Assembly: GCA_049840515.1 (NCBI GenBank)
Contig: JASGKW010000019.1
Coordinates: forward strand, 49,589 to 113,588
Reading direction: 5' to 3'
DNA: 64,000 nt
Source of the DNA: Muricomes sp.
GTDB lineage: Bacteria > Bacillota > Clostridia > Lachnospirales > Lachnospiraceae
Shown: one piece after another, positions 49,664 to 59,300 of the stretch
Numbering within the stretch: the stretch's first letter is position 1
How the letters are laid out: every line of letters begins with the position of its first letter
Position numbers and translations under genes: made by a program
Notes under the pieces: model-generated
What the model was told of the DNA's origin: nothing
Databases searched by the model: none
The model's input: only the letters and a program-made list of their open reading frames with translations

Positions 49664-50659
49664 TCATCTGGCTCCCTCCCGGCTGTAGGATTCCTGTGGA
49701 GTCTGACGGCTCCATTGGGATTGCCTGCCGCTCGCCTCTGGTCCCTGTTGTAACTGACTGTTATCTGATTCCTGCCGACGGTTGCTCTGACTACGGTTTT
49801 GGTCTAATACCTTCGCCATGCGGGCGGAAATGGTATTTGCAGCATCACGCACTTTGGAAAGCTCACTCCGTACTTCCTGTGGCTCCATAGCTGTAAAGAA
49901 CTCTGGCGCATCCTCAAAATGAAAACCCTGAGTATCCACTCCATATTTCTTACAAAGAATATAAGAGGCACAATAGGCGTGAAATGCATCTTCATTACGG
50001 TCATAATTCTTATCTCCATCCGCAAAACCTGCAAGGGCAAGCTCTGGTGTCAGACTTCGGAAAATTTCATCTGCACTCATGCCTTTTCTCACATAAATAC
50101 AGTTCTCCTCCGGTTCAAATAAAGCTCCTTTATCTTCCGGCATCTGATCCGGGTCAGCACCCACAATATTCACCGGAGGATTACTGATTAAAGCCCGAAT
50201 TAACAATCGTTCCTCCACATCCACTTGTGGCTCCTGCTTTTCGCTCATAGTTGTCTGGGAAATATCATAAAGCTTTTTCGCATTGTAATAGGTTCCGATG
50301 CTCCCATCCTCACGCTCATACTCTTTCCCCGGCTCCATAATCAGCACTGGATTTTGCCGCTCTGTCCGTTTGATATAAACTTCCTGATCTCTCCAATATC
50401 CATAATCCCCAAGTTTCTTCGCCTCTGGATTTTGTGCCATAATAAGCAGGGCATTGTTGGCAGTATAACGGTCAAAACGGCTTTGTACATTCAAATATTG
50501 TTCAAAAGCCTGACTGTCCGTTGCCACTGCCTCTGTTATCTGTTCCGATAATTCATAACAGCGACTCCGGTTATTCTTGCTCTCAGCAATAAATGCTGCA
50601 GTCCGGTCATCCTGTGGTACTGCTGATACATTTAGCATTGTATCAAAATTGTTCTCCAT
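49664..50659 (-). CDS. ArdC-like (ssDNA-binding, antirestriction-type N-terminal domain) protein
   Basis: The pattern FDRYTANNALLIMAQ...WRDQEVYIKRTERQNPVLI resembles the ArdC N-domain. The C-terminal Q/S/R-rich tail may continue in another frame. Confidence 0.4.
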   Translation of the reverse strand: MENNFDTMLNVSAVPQDDRTAAFIAESKNNRSRCYELSEQITEAVATDSQAFEQYLNVQSRFDRYTANNALLIMAQNPEAKKLGDYGYWRDQEVYIKRTERQNPVLIMEPGKEYEREDGSIGTYYNAKKLYDISQTTMSEKQEPQVDVEERLLIRALISNPPVNIVGADPDQMPEDKGALFEPEENCIYVRKGMSADEIFRSLTPELALAGFADGDKNYDRNEDAFHAYCASYILCKKYGVDTQGFHFEDAPEFFTAMEPQEVRSELSKVRDAANTISARMAKVLDQNRSQSNRRQESDNSQLQQGPEASGRQSQWSRQTPQESYSREGAR

Positions 50660-50665
50660 AACTCC

Positions 50666-51544
50666 TTACCTCTCTTTCACCTTTTTTGATTTTTTCCTGT
50701 TTTGCCGCTGATTCTGCATCTGCTGCTGGCTCTTGTTCTTTGTTGTTTTGGAAACAGGGTCACGCCTTTGTGTTTCCGCCTCTTTCTTCCTTGCCATCTG
50801 AATATCTCTTAGCTCCTCCCGTACAGAAGGCTGATTAGGGGTGACAGGTATATACAGCTTAGAAGTACCCTCGGCGGCTGTTCTGTGTTTCCCGGATATA
50901 GGCTCGGACTGACGGGATTTCTCGGTCTTTGCCAAAGAGGGGTTTTGCTGCTGTCCATCTTTTTTGAGCGCCTCCCCTAACAACTCATCCATGAGCTTAT
51001 CTTCCTGTGCCTGATTCGGTCTGTCTTTTTCCGGCTCTGCCTGTGATGAAACTTCCTGTTTTGTTTTTCCAGCAGATTTTTTCTCCTTTGATTGTCCTGT
51101 TTCGGCTGGAATATGAGATTTTTCTTCCCTTGACTTTTGGATTTCCGTCTTAACCTGTGCAACTTCGCTGACCGATGCGAACCGGAACCGTTCTACAATC
51201 CGGTTGATTCGGGATGCATCTTCTGCTTTTACTATGATATCTACCATCCCGTCTCTCCCCACTCTGGGATTACGCACTGCACAATATAAAACCCCATAAC
51301 GTTTTGCCTCCTGCACAAATTTCCTCAGGTCACTTTCTTTCACAGAAAATACGGTCAACGGTTTTCCCGAACGCACTAACGTCTCCAGCTTTACCCTGCC
51401 CTTTGTTTTTTTCTGCTCTTTTAAAATGGCATATAAAAGCACTGCAAGCTGTTTCGCTCCTGTACCAGAAATTTTCAAGGCAGCCTGACCGACTTCCAAA
51501 GACATCCTCACCACCTGATCAGCGGCCTCGCCTGATGTGTTCAT
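50666..51544 (-). CDS. PcfB/DUF3801-like conjugation protein
   Basis: The N-terminal domain (GTGAKQLAVLLYAILKEQKKTKGRVKLETLVRSGKPLTVFSV...) is followed by a K/E/Q-rich tail. The SD GGAGGA precedes the ATG at 51544. Confidence 0.5.
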   Translation of the reverse strand: MNTSGEAADQVVRMSLEVGQAALKISGTGAKQLAVLLYAILKEQKKTKGRVKLETLVRSGKPLTVFSVKESDLRKFVQEAKRYGVLYCAVRNPRVGRDGMVDIIVKAEDASRINRIVERFRFASVSEVAQVKTEIQKSREEKSHIPAETGQSKEKKSAGKTKQEVSSQAEPEKDRPNQAQEDKLMDELLGEALKKDGQQQNPSLAKTEKSRQSEPISGKHRTAAEGTSKLYIPVTPNQPSVREELRDIQMARKKEAETQRRDPVSKTTKNKSQQQMQNQRQNRKKSKKVKER

Positions 51545-53021
51545 GGCCTTTTTCCTCCTTTTCCTGATTTTTCTCCTGCCGCACAACCTGTAACTTCTCT
51601 TTCATCACGCCAGAACGTGCGGCAATTCCCTCACAGAGCACCACCTCCTCTCTCAATTTTCCAATCTGTTTGGTCAATGAAAAAATCTCCCCCTTAACCT
51701 CAGACAGCGTTTCTACCTCCTTGATATTGCGGCTTTTGTATCTCAGATGTTTTCTATAAACCACAAGTTGTTCCATCTGCCCTTGCAGCTTTTCTTTGCA
51801 TAAAAAAAGCTGCTCTGCGGTATCAATGTGATAATGGCAGAGCAGCCTTGTTTCTCTGGAAATTCGATTTAATCTGGTCAAATCCTCCCGCAATAAGAGA
51901 TGGGTCTGCTTTGGATGGGGAGCAGGTCTGTTCTTGGGGAATATTCCAAGCAGATAGCAGTAATGAAAATATAATCCTCTTAATCCTCCGATTTTTCGTT
52001 TTGCAGGCCACACACCTGCGTCATGCATACGCACCACATATGTCTTTTTCTGCGACTCCTGTTCCACCTTTTGTTTCATTGGCTTTTCCTGTGCCTGAGT
52101 CAAGATTCGCTGGCATATGGCATCTAAGGTATAATCCTCACCAAAGTTGCGGGCAAGTTTCAGCCCACTATCCCTTCCTTTCATACGAATGGTAACATCT
52201 TTTCCAAACTTGATGGAATATCCCTTTTCTTTTAGATAATAGAAAAACTGTTTTTCCGTTTTCGCTTTTCTGATTGCATCATCTACATCTGCTTTGGTCG
52301 TGCTGCGATAGGTTGGTTTCCCGTCCTGCTCTGCCTGCCACTCCCCATACTGCTTTGTTTTTCCCGGCTTTGGATGTTCAATCACCGACAGTCTGTATTC
52401 CCGGCAAAGCCTGTCAGAAACATTCCTCATATCCCGGTAATCCTGATTTGTACGGTGATACCTGAGTCCGTCTGTAAAAGAAACAGAGTTGACCACAAAA
52501 TGATTATGGAGATGATGCGCCTTGTCCAAATGAGTGGCAACCAGAACCTGAAACCTGTCTCCCCACAACTCTTCTGCCAGTTTCAGCCCAATCTCATGTG
52601 CCATTGCCGGAGTACATTCTCCCGGTGCAAAGGACTGATAACCGTGAAATGCCATAATGCCTTCCTCTTTCCCATATCGCTTTTTTGCTGCCATCATTTC
52701 ACTTCGGGCAGTTGTGGGTGTGCAGTTGATACCAGAAACATATTGCTGCATGATTGTCTCTGATTCATTTTCTATCACATTCTCTGTAAAAGCAGCACTC
52801 AGATTTTTACTCTTATTTTTCTGTCTGGTCTTTTCCTCATTGACAGCATAGGCAATAACATCAGACAGTCCTTGTATATCCGCCTCTCCCATATCAGAAA
52901 ACTCAGGCAGCTTTGAAATTTCCGGGTCAATGGTCTTTTCCGGATTTTGCACGTAAATGACAACTTTCCCAAGCCAGCCCTTCACGCTCCAAATAGATGT
53001 GGTTGCCATCTTAAAACTCAT
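51519..53021 (-). CDS. Relaxase/mobilisation nuclease domain protein
   Basis: Histidine-triad region VATHLDKAHHLHNHFVVNSV, with a MobC gene directly upstream. The true start is possibly MATTSIW at 53009. Confidence 0.85.
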   Translation of the reverse strand: MSFKMATTSIWSVKGWLGKVVIYVQNPEKTIDPEISKLPEFSDMGEADIQGLSDVIAYAVNEEKTRQKNKSKNLSAAFTENVIENESETIMQQYVSGINCTPTTARSEMMAAKKRYGKEEGIMAFHGYQSFAPGECTPAMAHEIGLKLAEELWGDRFQVLVATHLDKAHHLHNHFVVNSVSFTDGLRYHRTNQDYRDMRNVSDRLCREYRLSVIEHPKPGKTKQYGEWQAEQDGKPTYRSTTKADVDDAIRKAKTEKQFFYYLKEKGYSIKFGKDVTIRMKGRDSGLKLARNFGEDYTLDAICQRILTQAQEKPMKQKVEQESQKKTYVVRMHDAGVWPAKRKIGGLRGLYFHYCYLLGIFPKNRPAPHPKQTHLLLREDLTRLNRISRETRLLCHYHIDTAEQLFLCKEKLQGQMEQLVVYRKHLRYKSRNIKEVETLSEVKGEIFSLTKQIGKLREEVVLCEGIAARSGVMKEKLQVVRQEKNQEKEEKGHEHIRRGR

Positions 53022-53346
53022 TTCTCTTTTCTGGCAGAATGACCGCTTTTGTGATATCCGCCACTATCTTTTCAAACTGCCGCATCTCTTTGTCATACCG
53101 CTGCACATCAATGACATTTAAAATATGAGCTTTCTGTGCAATCTGATTCAGGTTATTCCCTATTTTATGCAGCTCCCGCATCATAGCATAATAATCTGGC
53201 GGCGGCGCATCTCTTGGCACCACACCGTCAATCAACTGTCGTAGGTACGCCTCACGATTCAGACCACTCTTCTTTACTTTCTTATCAAGACCCTCCGCCT
53301 CTTTGCGGTTAAGCCTGAACAAAATAGGAACATTTCGTTTTCTCAT
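53011..53346 (-). CDS. mobC: MobC-family relaxosome accessory protein
   Basis: 111-aa ORF with the motif LHKIGNNLNQIAQKAH. It overlaps the relaxase start. Confidence 0.75.
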   Translation of the reverse strand: MRKRNVPILFRLNRKEAEGLDKKVKKSGLNREAYLRQLIDGVVPRDAPPPDYYAMMRELHKIGNNLNQIAQKAHILNVIDVQRYDKEMRQFEKIVADITKAVILPEKRNEF

Positions 53347-54308
53347 CGCTCCATCTCCTTTTCCTTTATAGATTCTACCACCTGACAGATTTTCCCTTTC
53401 TCCTTATCATATTCATACACCCTGTCTGATAAAATTTCCTCCTGTATAACTTCCTGCTCATTTACTTCCCGGACCATCTGGCCCAATTCCTTAGGAGACC
53501 TTCCAGCTTCTTTTGGAACAACTAATACTTCATGCAGGGAAGAGGGTAAAATATAAAACCCTTTTGGAAACAAAGCATCCACTTTCTCCATTAAATGAGG
53601 ATACGCCAAAACAGAAGCACCATTGATTCTCTCTGGATTACTCAGAACATACATCATATCTTTGGGGATATCACCCGTACTATTTGGTTCCAACAGGTTT
53701 TCACCTGTTTTTTCATCATCCAGTATTTCCTTCATAATGCCCTCCATGCTCATAAGAACCGGTGGGCTGACTTTTTCTGCATTATCCAATGCCTGCTGAT
53801 AAACGATTTCTGGGCTAACCTCCCATTTTTTCAGTATTTCATTGGTGACTTTTGCACTTCCAACGCCCTGTCCATCCGGAGATGGGAACTCAATGCGGCA
53901 AATAACAGACAAGTCCTCCAACTTTTTACGTGGCATATGGGAAAGCATCTTTTGATTTGCTTTCGTATTGATAACCTGTACTTTCAAGTAATCTTTCACA
54001 GAATTGTAATCTTCAAAATCCAATTGCTCCGGCAGGTCTTTAGCACAGAGAGCCTGAGAACAGATAGTGACAATTTCTTTCATAACCACATCCAGGTCCC
54101 TGCCTTGCCGGACTTTATCATAGAAAGATTCCATATAAACAATAGGCGCTATTTTCTGTCCTGGCTGTTGAAAACAAATCCCCACCAGATTCAGCCCATT
54201 ATTCTTCTGCTGTTCCATAACCTCGCACTGTACATCCTGCAATTCTTTTGGCAGATAATCCTTAATCTTCTGTGTCACACCCTCTGCGAATATCTTTACC
54301 TCTAACAT
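53343..54308 (-). CDS. Hypothetical ICE protein (321 aa)
   Basis: Clean ORF with the SD GGAGG 9 nt upstream, translationally coupled to mobC. The family is not confidently recognised. Confidence 0.45.
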   Translation of the reverse strand: MLEVKIFAEGVTQKIKDYLPKELQDVQCEVMEQQKNNGLNLVGICFQQPGQKIAPIVYMESFYDKVRQGRDLDVVMKEIVTICSQALCAKDLPEQLDFEDYNSVKDYLKVQVINTKANQKMLSHMPRKKLEDLSVICRIEFPSPDGQGVGSAKVTNEILKKWEVSPEIVYQQALDNAEKVSPPVLMSMEGIMKEILDDEKTGENLLEPNSTGDIPKDMMYVLSNPERINGASVLAYPHLMEKVDALFPKGFYILPSSLHEVLVVPKEAGRSPKELGQMVREVNEQEVIQEEILSDRVYEYDKEKGKICQVVESIKEKEMER

Positions 54309-54396
54309 CCTGCATTTCCTCCTTCTTTTTAATTTCCTGCTGATACCTTCTCAGTCTTCTTTTTTCTGCCTCTTGATTTCGTGTTAGAAATTCCAT
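54262..54396 (-). CDS. Small charged hypothetical protein (44 aa)
   Basis: The sequence begins MEFLTRNQEAEKRRLRRYQQEIKKKEEMQ... The SD AGGAGAA lies 8 nt upstream. It overlaps the next gene by 46 nt, so the call is weak. Confidence 0.25.
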   Translation of the reverse strand: MEFLTRNQEAEKRRLRRYQQEIKKKEEMQDVRGKDIRRGCDTED

Positions 54397-54535
54397 GTGT
54401 ATCATTCTCCTACCTCCATTTCTCTGAATTTAAGGGGTTTCAGGGGATTCCCCTGACAAGCTGCCGAAGGGTTGGCCTATCCGGAACGGATATGGCAATC
54501 CAAAGGCGTTGCTTGCTGGTATTGTGTATCACTTT

Positions 54536-54730
54536 TTATCGTTCCAAATCTTTGGGTCTGCTGTGCTCCTCTGCTTGAAACTCCACTCCCTGAAACTCCT
54601 CAGCACTCAAAACATACTCACTGTTATTCCAGTTTTCCTGGGCAATCTCCTCTGCCTCAGAACGACTTTCTGCTCGAATTGAAACTGTTTTCTGCAAAGT
54701 TTCTGTAATAGTTACTTCATATTTTTTCAC
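54536..54730 (-). CDS. DpnD/PcfM-like small protein
   Basis: A GTG start follows the SD AAGGAGA. The sequence VKKYEVTITETLQKTVSIRAESRSEAEEIAQENWNNSEYVLSAEEFQGVEFQAEE matches my recollection of this family. Confidence 0.45.
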   Translation of the reverse strand: MKKYEVTITETLQKTVSIRAESRSEAEEIAQENWNNSEYVLSAEEFQGVEFQAEEHSRPKDLER

Positions 54731-55704
54731 CGCTCGTGTCTCCTTTTCCCGATCTTTGCCCGCTTTGTCAGACCAATTCCCAACTGAATACATAAACAAT
54801 CATTATAATCATTCCCCTGTTTTGGCGGCTGGTCTTCCGTGTAATACTGTTTTGGAAGGACTGTCTGAATGGCTTTTGTCGCAAACCTCCCTGCCCTGTC
54901 ATTGTCCAAATGCAGCACCACCTCTCGCACTTCTGTATGCTCTTTTAGGAATCTTGTCAGTGCCGCCGGAATCTTGCTCCTCTCAATTTCTTTTGCGGGC
55001 TGATAGACTCCGGCAAGGGATAACAGGTGCTCTGCTCTCCAGTTTTTCCCCTCCAACTTTTGCAAAGTAGCATAGGATAACAAATCAATCGCCGATTCAA
55101 AGAGGTGTGCTCTTTCACTTTTCTTCTCTGCCGAAATAGAAAATGAATAATTTTTATCACTCCCGCTTGCCTCCCCAATAAAGTCGGTCCCGATACCTCT
55201 TAACGCAGCATATCGGGGTTTCTCCTCCTTGTCTCTGCCTACAAAAACAGCATTATGATGATACTCACTTTCATAAATCCGTCCTGTATTCAGGCAAAAC
55301 TCAATCATATCCACATCAATTCCACGCCCTTGCAGATAAGAAACCACATACTCTTGATAGCGGTATGGCTTGGGAAGAAGCAGGATTTTTTCTTTCGTCT
55401 TTTCTGTTGGTATAGAAATAGGGGGCTGTATCGCCGCCTGTTCCGCAATGATTTCCACTGCCTGCATAAAATTATAATTCCTAACTTTTATCAGATAATC
55501 CAGAGCAGACCTGCCCCCAATCCCCCTGCTCCACCACATCCATTTCCCATTGGAAATTTTCAGACTGTCATGGGTTTTCGTGGTATAGGTATTACCTGAG
55601 AAATGCACAAGTTCGTATGGCTCATAACTTTTAAGGTAGGTCAATAGGTCCATCTGCTTTGCCTGCCTCACAACTTCCGGTGGGATATATAACATAATAA
55701 TCAC
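54727..55704 (-). CDS. DUF3991/Toprim domain protein (primase-like)
   Basis: 325-aa ORF. The N-terminal region (KISNGKWMWWSRGIGGRSALDYL) and the C-terminal Toprim acidic motif (VVLHLDNDRAGR) are typical of ICE primase-like proteins. Confidence 0.65.
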   Translation of the reverse strand: MIIMLYIPPEVVRQAKQMDLLTYLKSYEPYELVHFSGNTYTTKTHDSLKISNGKWMWWSRGIGGRSALDYLIKVRNYNFMQAVEIIAEQAAIQPPISIPTEKTKEKILLLPKPYRYQEYVVSYLQGRGIDVDMIEFCLNTGRIYESEYHHNAVFVGRDKEEKPRYAALRGIGTDFIGEASGSDKNYSFSISAEKKSERAHLFESAIDLLSYATLQKLEGKNWRAEHLLSLAGVYQPAKEIERSKIPAALTRFLKEHTEVREVVLHLDNDRAGRFATKAIQTVLPKQYYTEDQPPKQGNDYNDCLCIQLGIGLTKRAKIGKRRHER

Positions 55705-55879
55705 TTCCTTTCCTGCCTGATACTTGACATGTTTCTTTAATCTTTTGATGTCAGGGCATAAAAATAGCCGGGTGATTTTCGTTTTTGAAAACCACCCGGC
55801 TATGTAAATTTATTTTGCATATTTCATTTTTTTATAGAAATTTAAATGGCTGACTTTTATATCATTCAGCTATGTATCA

Positions 55880-56275
55880 TTAAATCATCCCTAACAGTTG
55901 CATTAACTGCATCATATGTCTGCTACCCATGAGATACATTTGAATGGTTTCCATATCTCTGCGCTCCATATCCAATGCAAGGAATCTGGAAAAGGCTTTT
56001 ACCTCCGAAACTGTCAATGACATCGGTTCTATTATCTCATCCTGGTCAATGAAAGTAGAAATAAACGGGTACTTCTCCAACAACTCTCCACTTTCTTTCA
56101 TTACTTGATTATAAAATGCGGACTCCTTTTTCAATTCCTCCACACACTTTTTATCCAGTTCTTCATAAATCCCGTTCAGCCATAATGGTAGGTTATAAAT
56201 GTCTATATCACTCAATCTCACATGATTCCCCTCCTTTTTCCTCAGATTACACCATAACCCGCCATTTTTGTACAT
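55880..56275 (-). CDS. Hypothetical protein (131 aa or shorter)
   Basis: An ORF followed by a 9-bp-stem terminator (AGCCGGGTG/CACCCGGCT, about 55776-55811). I did not recognise a family. Confidence 0.4.
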   Translation of the reverse strand: MYKNGGLWCNLRKKEGNHVRLSDIDIYNLPLWLNGIYEELDKKCVEELKKESAFYNQVMKESGELLEKYPFISTFIDQDEIIEPMSLTVSEVKAFSRFLALDMERRDMETIQMYLMGSRHMMQLMQLLGMI

Positions 56276-56359
56276 TGTGCGATTTTAGACCACGGCAGAG
56301 TTGCTTTTTTGCCACTCTGCCATGTAAGCGGTATTGGTCAATACAACACCACAGCTCTA

Positions 56360-59300
56360 TTATCGTTCCGGTTCTCTCACAGGTTTCTCAGATATCACCT
56401 CCTCCGGTTCTTCATCCAATATCACCTTGTCCTTTTTATCCATATCCAACAGGGCATTTAATTCTCCAAGCCTTGCCGTCTTCCCCAATAATTCCTGTTC
56501 TTTTGAAAAGGGTTTCTGTGCCTCTGCCTTTGCTGTTTCAAGCTGTGCTTTGGTATTCTCCAGCTTTTCCCTGCACCGTTCCAGATTATCTCCAAACTTT
56601 GCAATTTCGTTATCCAGTCGCGTAATATTTCCATAAATATCGATGCCAAGCGATACATGATAGGTCAATTTCCCTTTTAATGCAATGACAAATTCTTTGG
56701 AAAATGTACTATAAGACAGTTCCATCTTCATTCCCCGGTAAGCTCCAAGTTCCACTCCATCAGGAGATTTCATGGCTTTACAAGCCTCCACAATGGTTTT
56801 TCCAGCCTCCTGCTTTTCTGTATAAGTGATACTGTTTATCTGCATGGGGGAGAATACTTCCCTGTCTGAAGGTGTAAATTCCTTAACCCGTGCAATATCC
56901 ACCTCATAAGCAGCGATGCGTTCCTCCAAACGCTTTATCTCTGCCGGATACTGTTTGGTTGCCTTATCTTCCAACTCATACCGCTGGCTTAAAAAGCCCT
57001 GTTTTAATAACTGCAGTTTGGACACCTGAATATCCAAGTCCATCTTTTCCTTAATATAGGGGTTTCCAGTCGCAAGTGCTTTGATTTCCGCATAAGATAA
57101 TGCTACCTCATCAATATCCTCAACCGTACGTGCCGGACTTTTGGACGTCATGATCTGACTAATAAACTTCTGCTTGTTCTCAATAATCTGATACAAATAA
57201 GCATCAAAAGTTCCTTCCGTTACATAACGAATAATACTGACTTTCTTATTTTCATTACCACGGCGTATACTTCTTCCTGCTCTCTGTTCTAAGTCACGGG
57301 GACGCCAGGGGCAATCTAAATCATGACTGGCAACAATCAAATTCTGGACATTTGTCCAGCTTCCCATCTTAGATGTGCTACCCATAAGAACTCGGACAAC
57401 ACCATGACGCACTTTAGAAAACAACTCCTTTTTCTGTATTTCTGTGTTAGCATGATGGATAAATGCAATCTCCTCCGGTGGTATCCCACGGGCAATCAAC
57501 TTCCGGCATACATCCTCATAAACATTCTCAAATTGGTCCGCATCTATAACAAAATGATTCTCGCTGATTTCTTTTGTCTCAAGGACACGCTTTGACTGTG
57601 GAGTGGACAAATCACAAAATACCAGTTGTGTTGCTTTTGTATCAGAATGTTCCTCCCAAATACGATAAACTTCCTCCACACAGGCATTGACCTTGCTGTT
57701 CTCCTCATCAGGCAACATAGGATTAATCAGCCTTTGGTCCAGTGCCAGTTTTCTTCCATCATTAGTGATTAACAGCATATTGTCCTCTGTTGGATTGACC
57801 AGACCATTCCTCACACGTTCTGCCCTGACTCCCAACTCTGCCACCATCTCCTGCTGCATTTCACTGGGTTTTGTGGTTATGACTCGATATTCCGCTTCCG
57901 GAACAGGCAGTTTCAGCATATCCGCAGTCTGAATATCCATAAACTCACGGACCATCATCATAAGTTCCGGCAGATTATAAAATTTTGCAAACCTTGTTTT
58001 CAGGCGATATCCTGTCCCCTCCGGCGCAAGTTCAATGGCTGTCACCGTTTCTCCAAAAGTAGAGGCCCATGCATCAAAATGCTGTAAACCATGTTCCACC
58101 AGCGTATCATACTGCAAGTATCTCTGCATGGTATAGAGTTCCACCATGCTATTGGAAATGGGGGTCCCCGTGGCAAATATGATGCCCCGCCCACCTGTGA
58201 CTTCATCTAAATAGCGGCATTTCATAAACATATCCGAAGATTTTTGTGCCTCTGTCTGTGAAATTCCACCCACATTCCTCATTTTTGTGTAGAGATACAG
58301 ATTCTTATATAAATCTGCCTCATCCACAAAAAGGCGGTCAATTCCCAATTCTTCAAAACATACCACATCATCCTTCCTGCTCTGGTCATTTAATTTTGCC
58401 AGTTTTCCCTGTAATGTTTTTTTCGTTTTTTCCATCTGCTTGATGGTGAATCTACTGCCTTGATTACTCTTTTCTTCTGCAATGCCCTCCACAATTTCTG
58501 CAATTTCCATCTCCAGCATCCTGCACTGACGTTCTGCACTCAGCGGAATTTTTTCAAACTGTGAATGCCCAATAATTACTGCATCAATATCGCTGGTCGC
58601 AATCCTTGCACAAAATTTCTTCCGATTCTTCTTTTCAAAATCCTTTTTGGTGGCAACCAAAATATTTGCGGCAGGATATAGCTCCATCCAGTCCGCCCCA
58701 AACTGCTCAATGATATGATTTGGTACGACAATCATAGATTTACTGCAAAGTCCAAGCCGCTTCAACTCCATTGCCGCTGCCACCATCGTATAGGTCTTGC
58801 CTGCTCCCACCACATAAGCAAGCAGTGTGTTTCCTCCGTAAATAGTGCGGGCAACCCCGTTTAACTGATGCTGGTCCAGACACTTTTCCGGGTTCATTCC
58901 ATAAAAATGGAGATGACTTCCATCATACTCCCTCGGACGGACTGCATTAAAATGTTCGTTATAAAATGCCGTCAGCCTTTGCCTTCTCTCTGGCTCCTGC
59001 CAAATCCAATCCTGAAATGCCTGCTTGATCAGGTCCTGTTTTCCCTGTGCAATGGCAGTTTCTTTTCTGTTTAGGACTGCTTTTTTCTTACCCTCATCGT
59101 CAATCTCATAATCATACACCCGTGTATCTCGCAGGTTCAGTGTATCTTCCACAATCTTATAGGCATTTACCCTGTGTGTCCCATAAGTGTTGTTTGCCTT
59201 TACATTCCCCTTGTCATTGCTTTTCCCTTCAATGCTCCACTCTCCACTGAATTTAGAAAAATGAACTTTTATCTTCCATCTTGTATAATTTGGAGTATCC

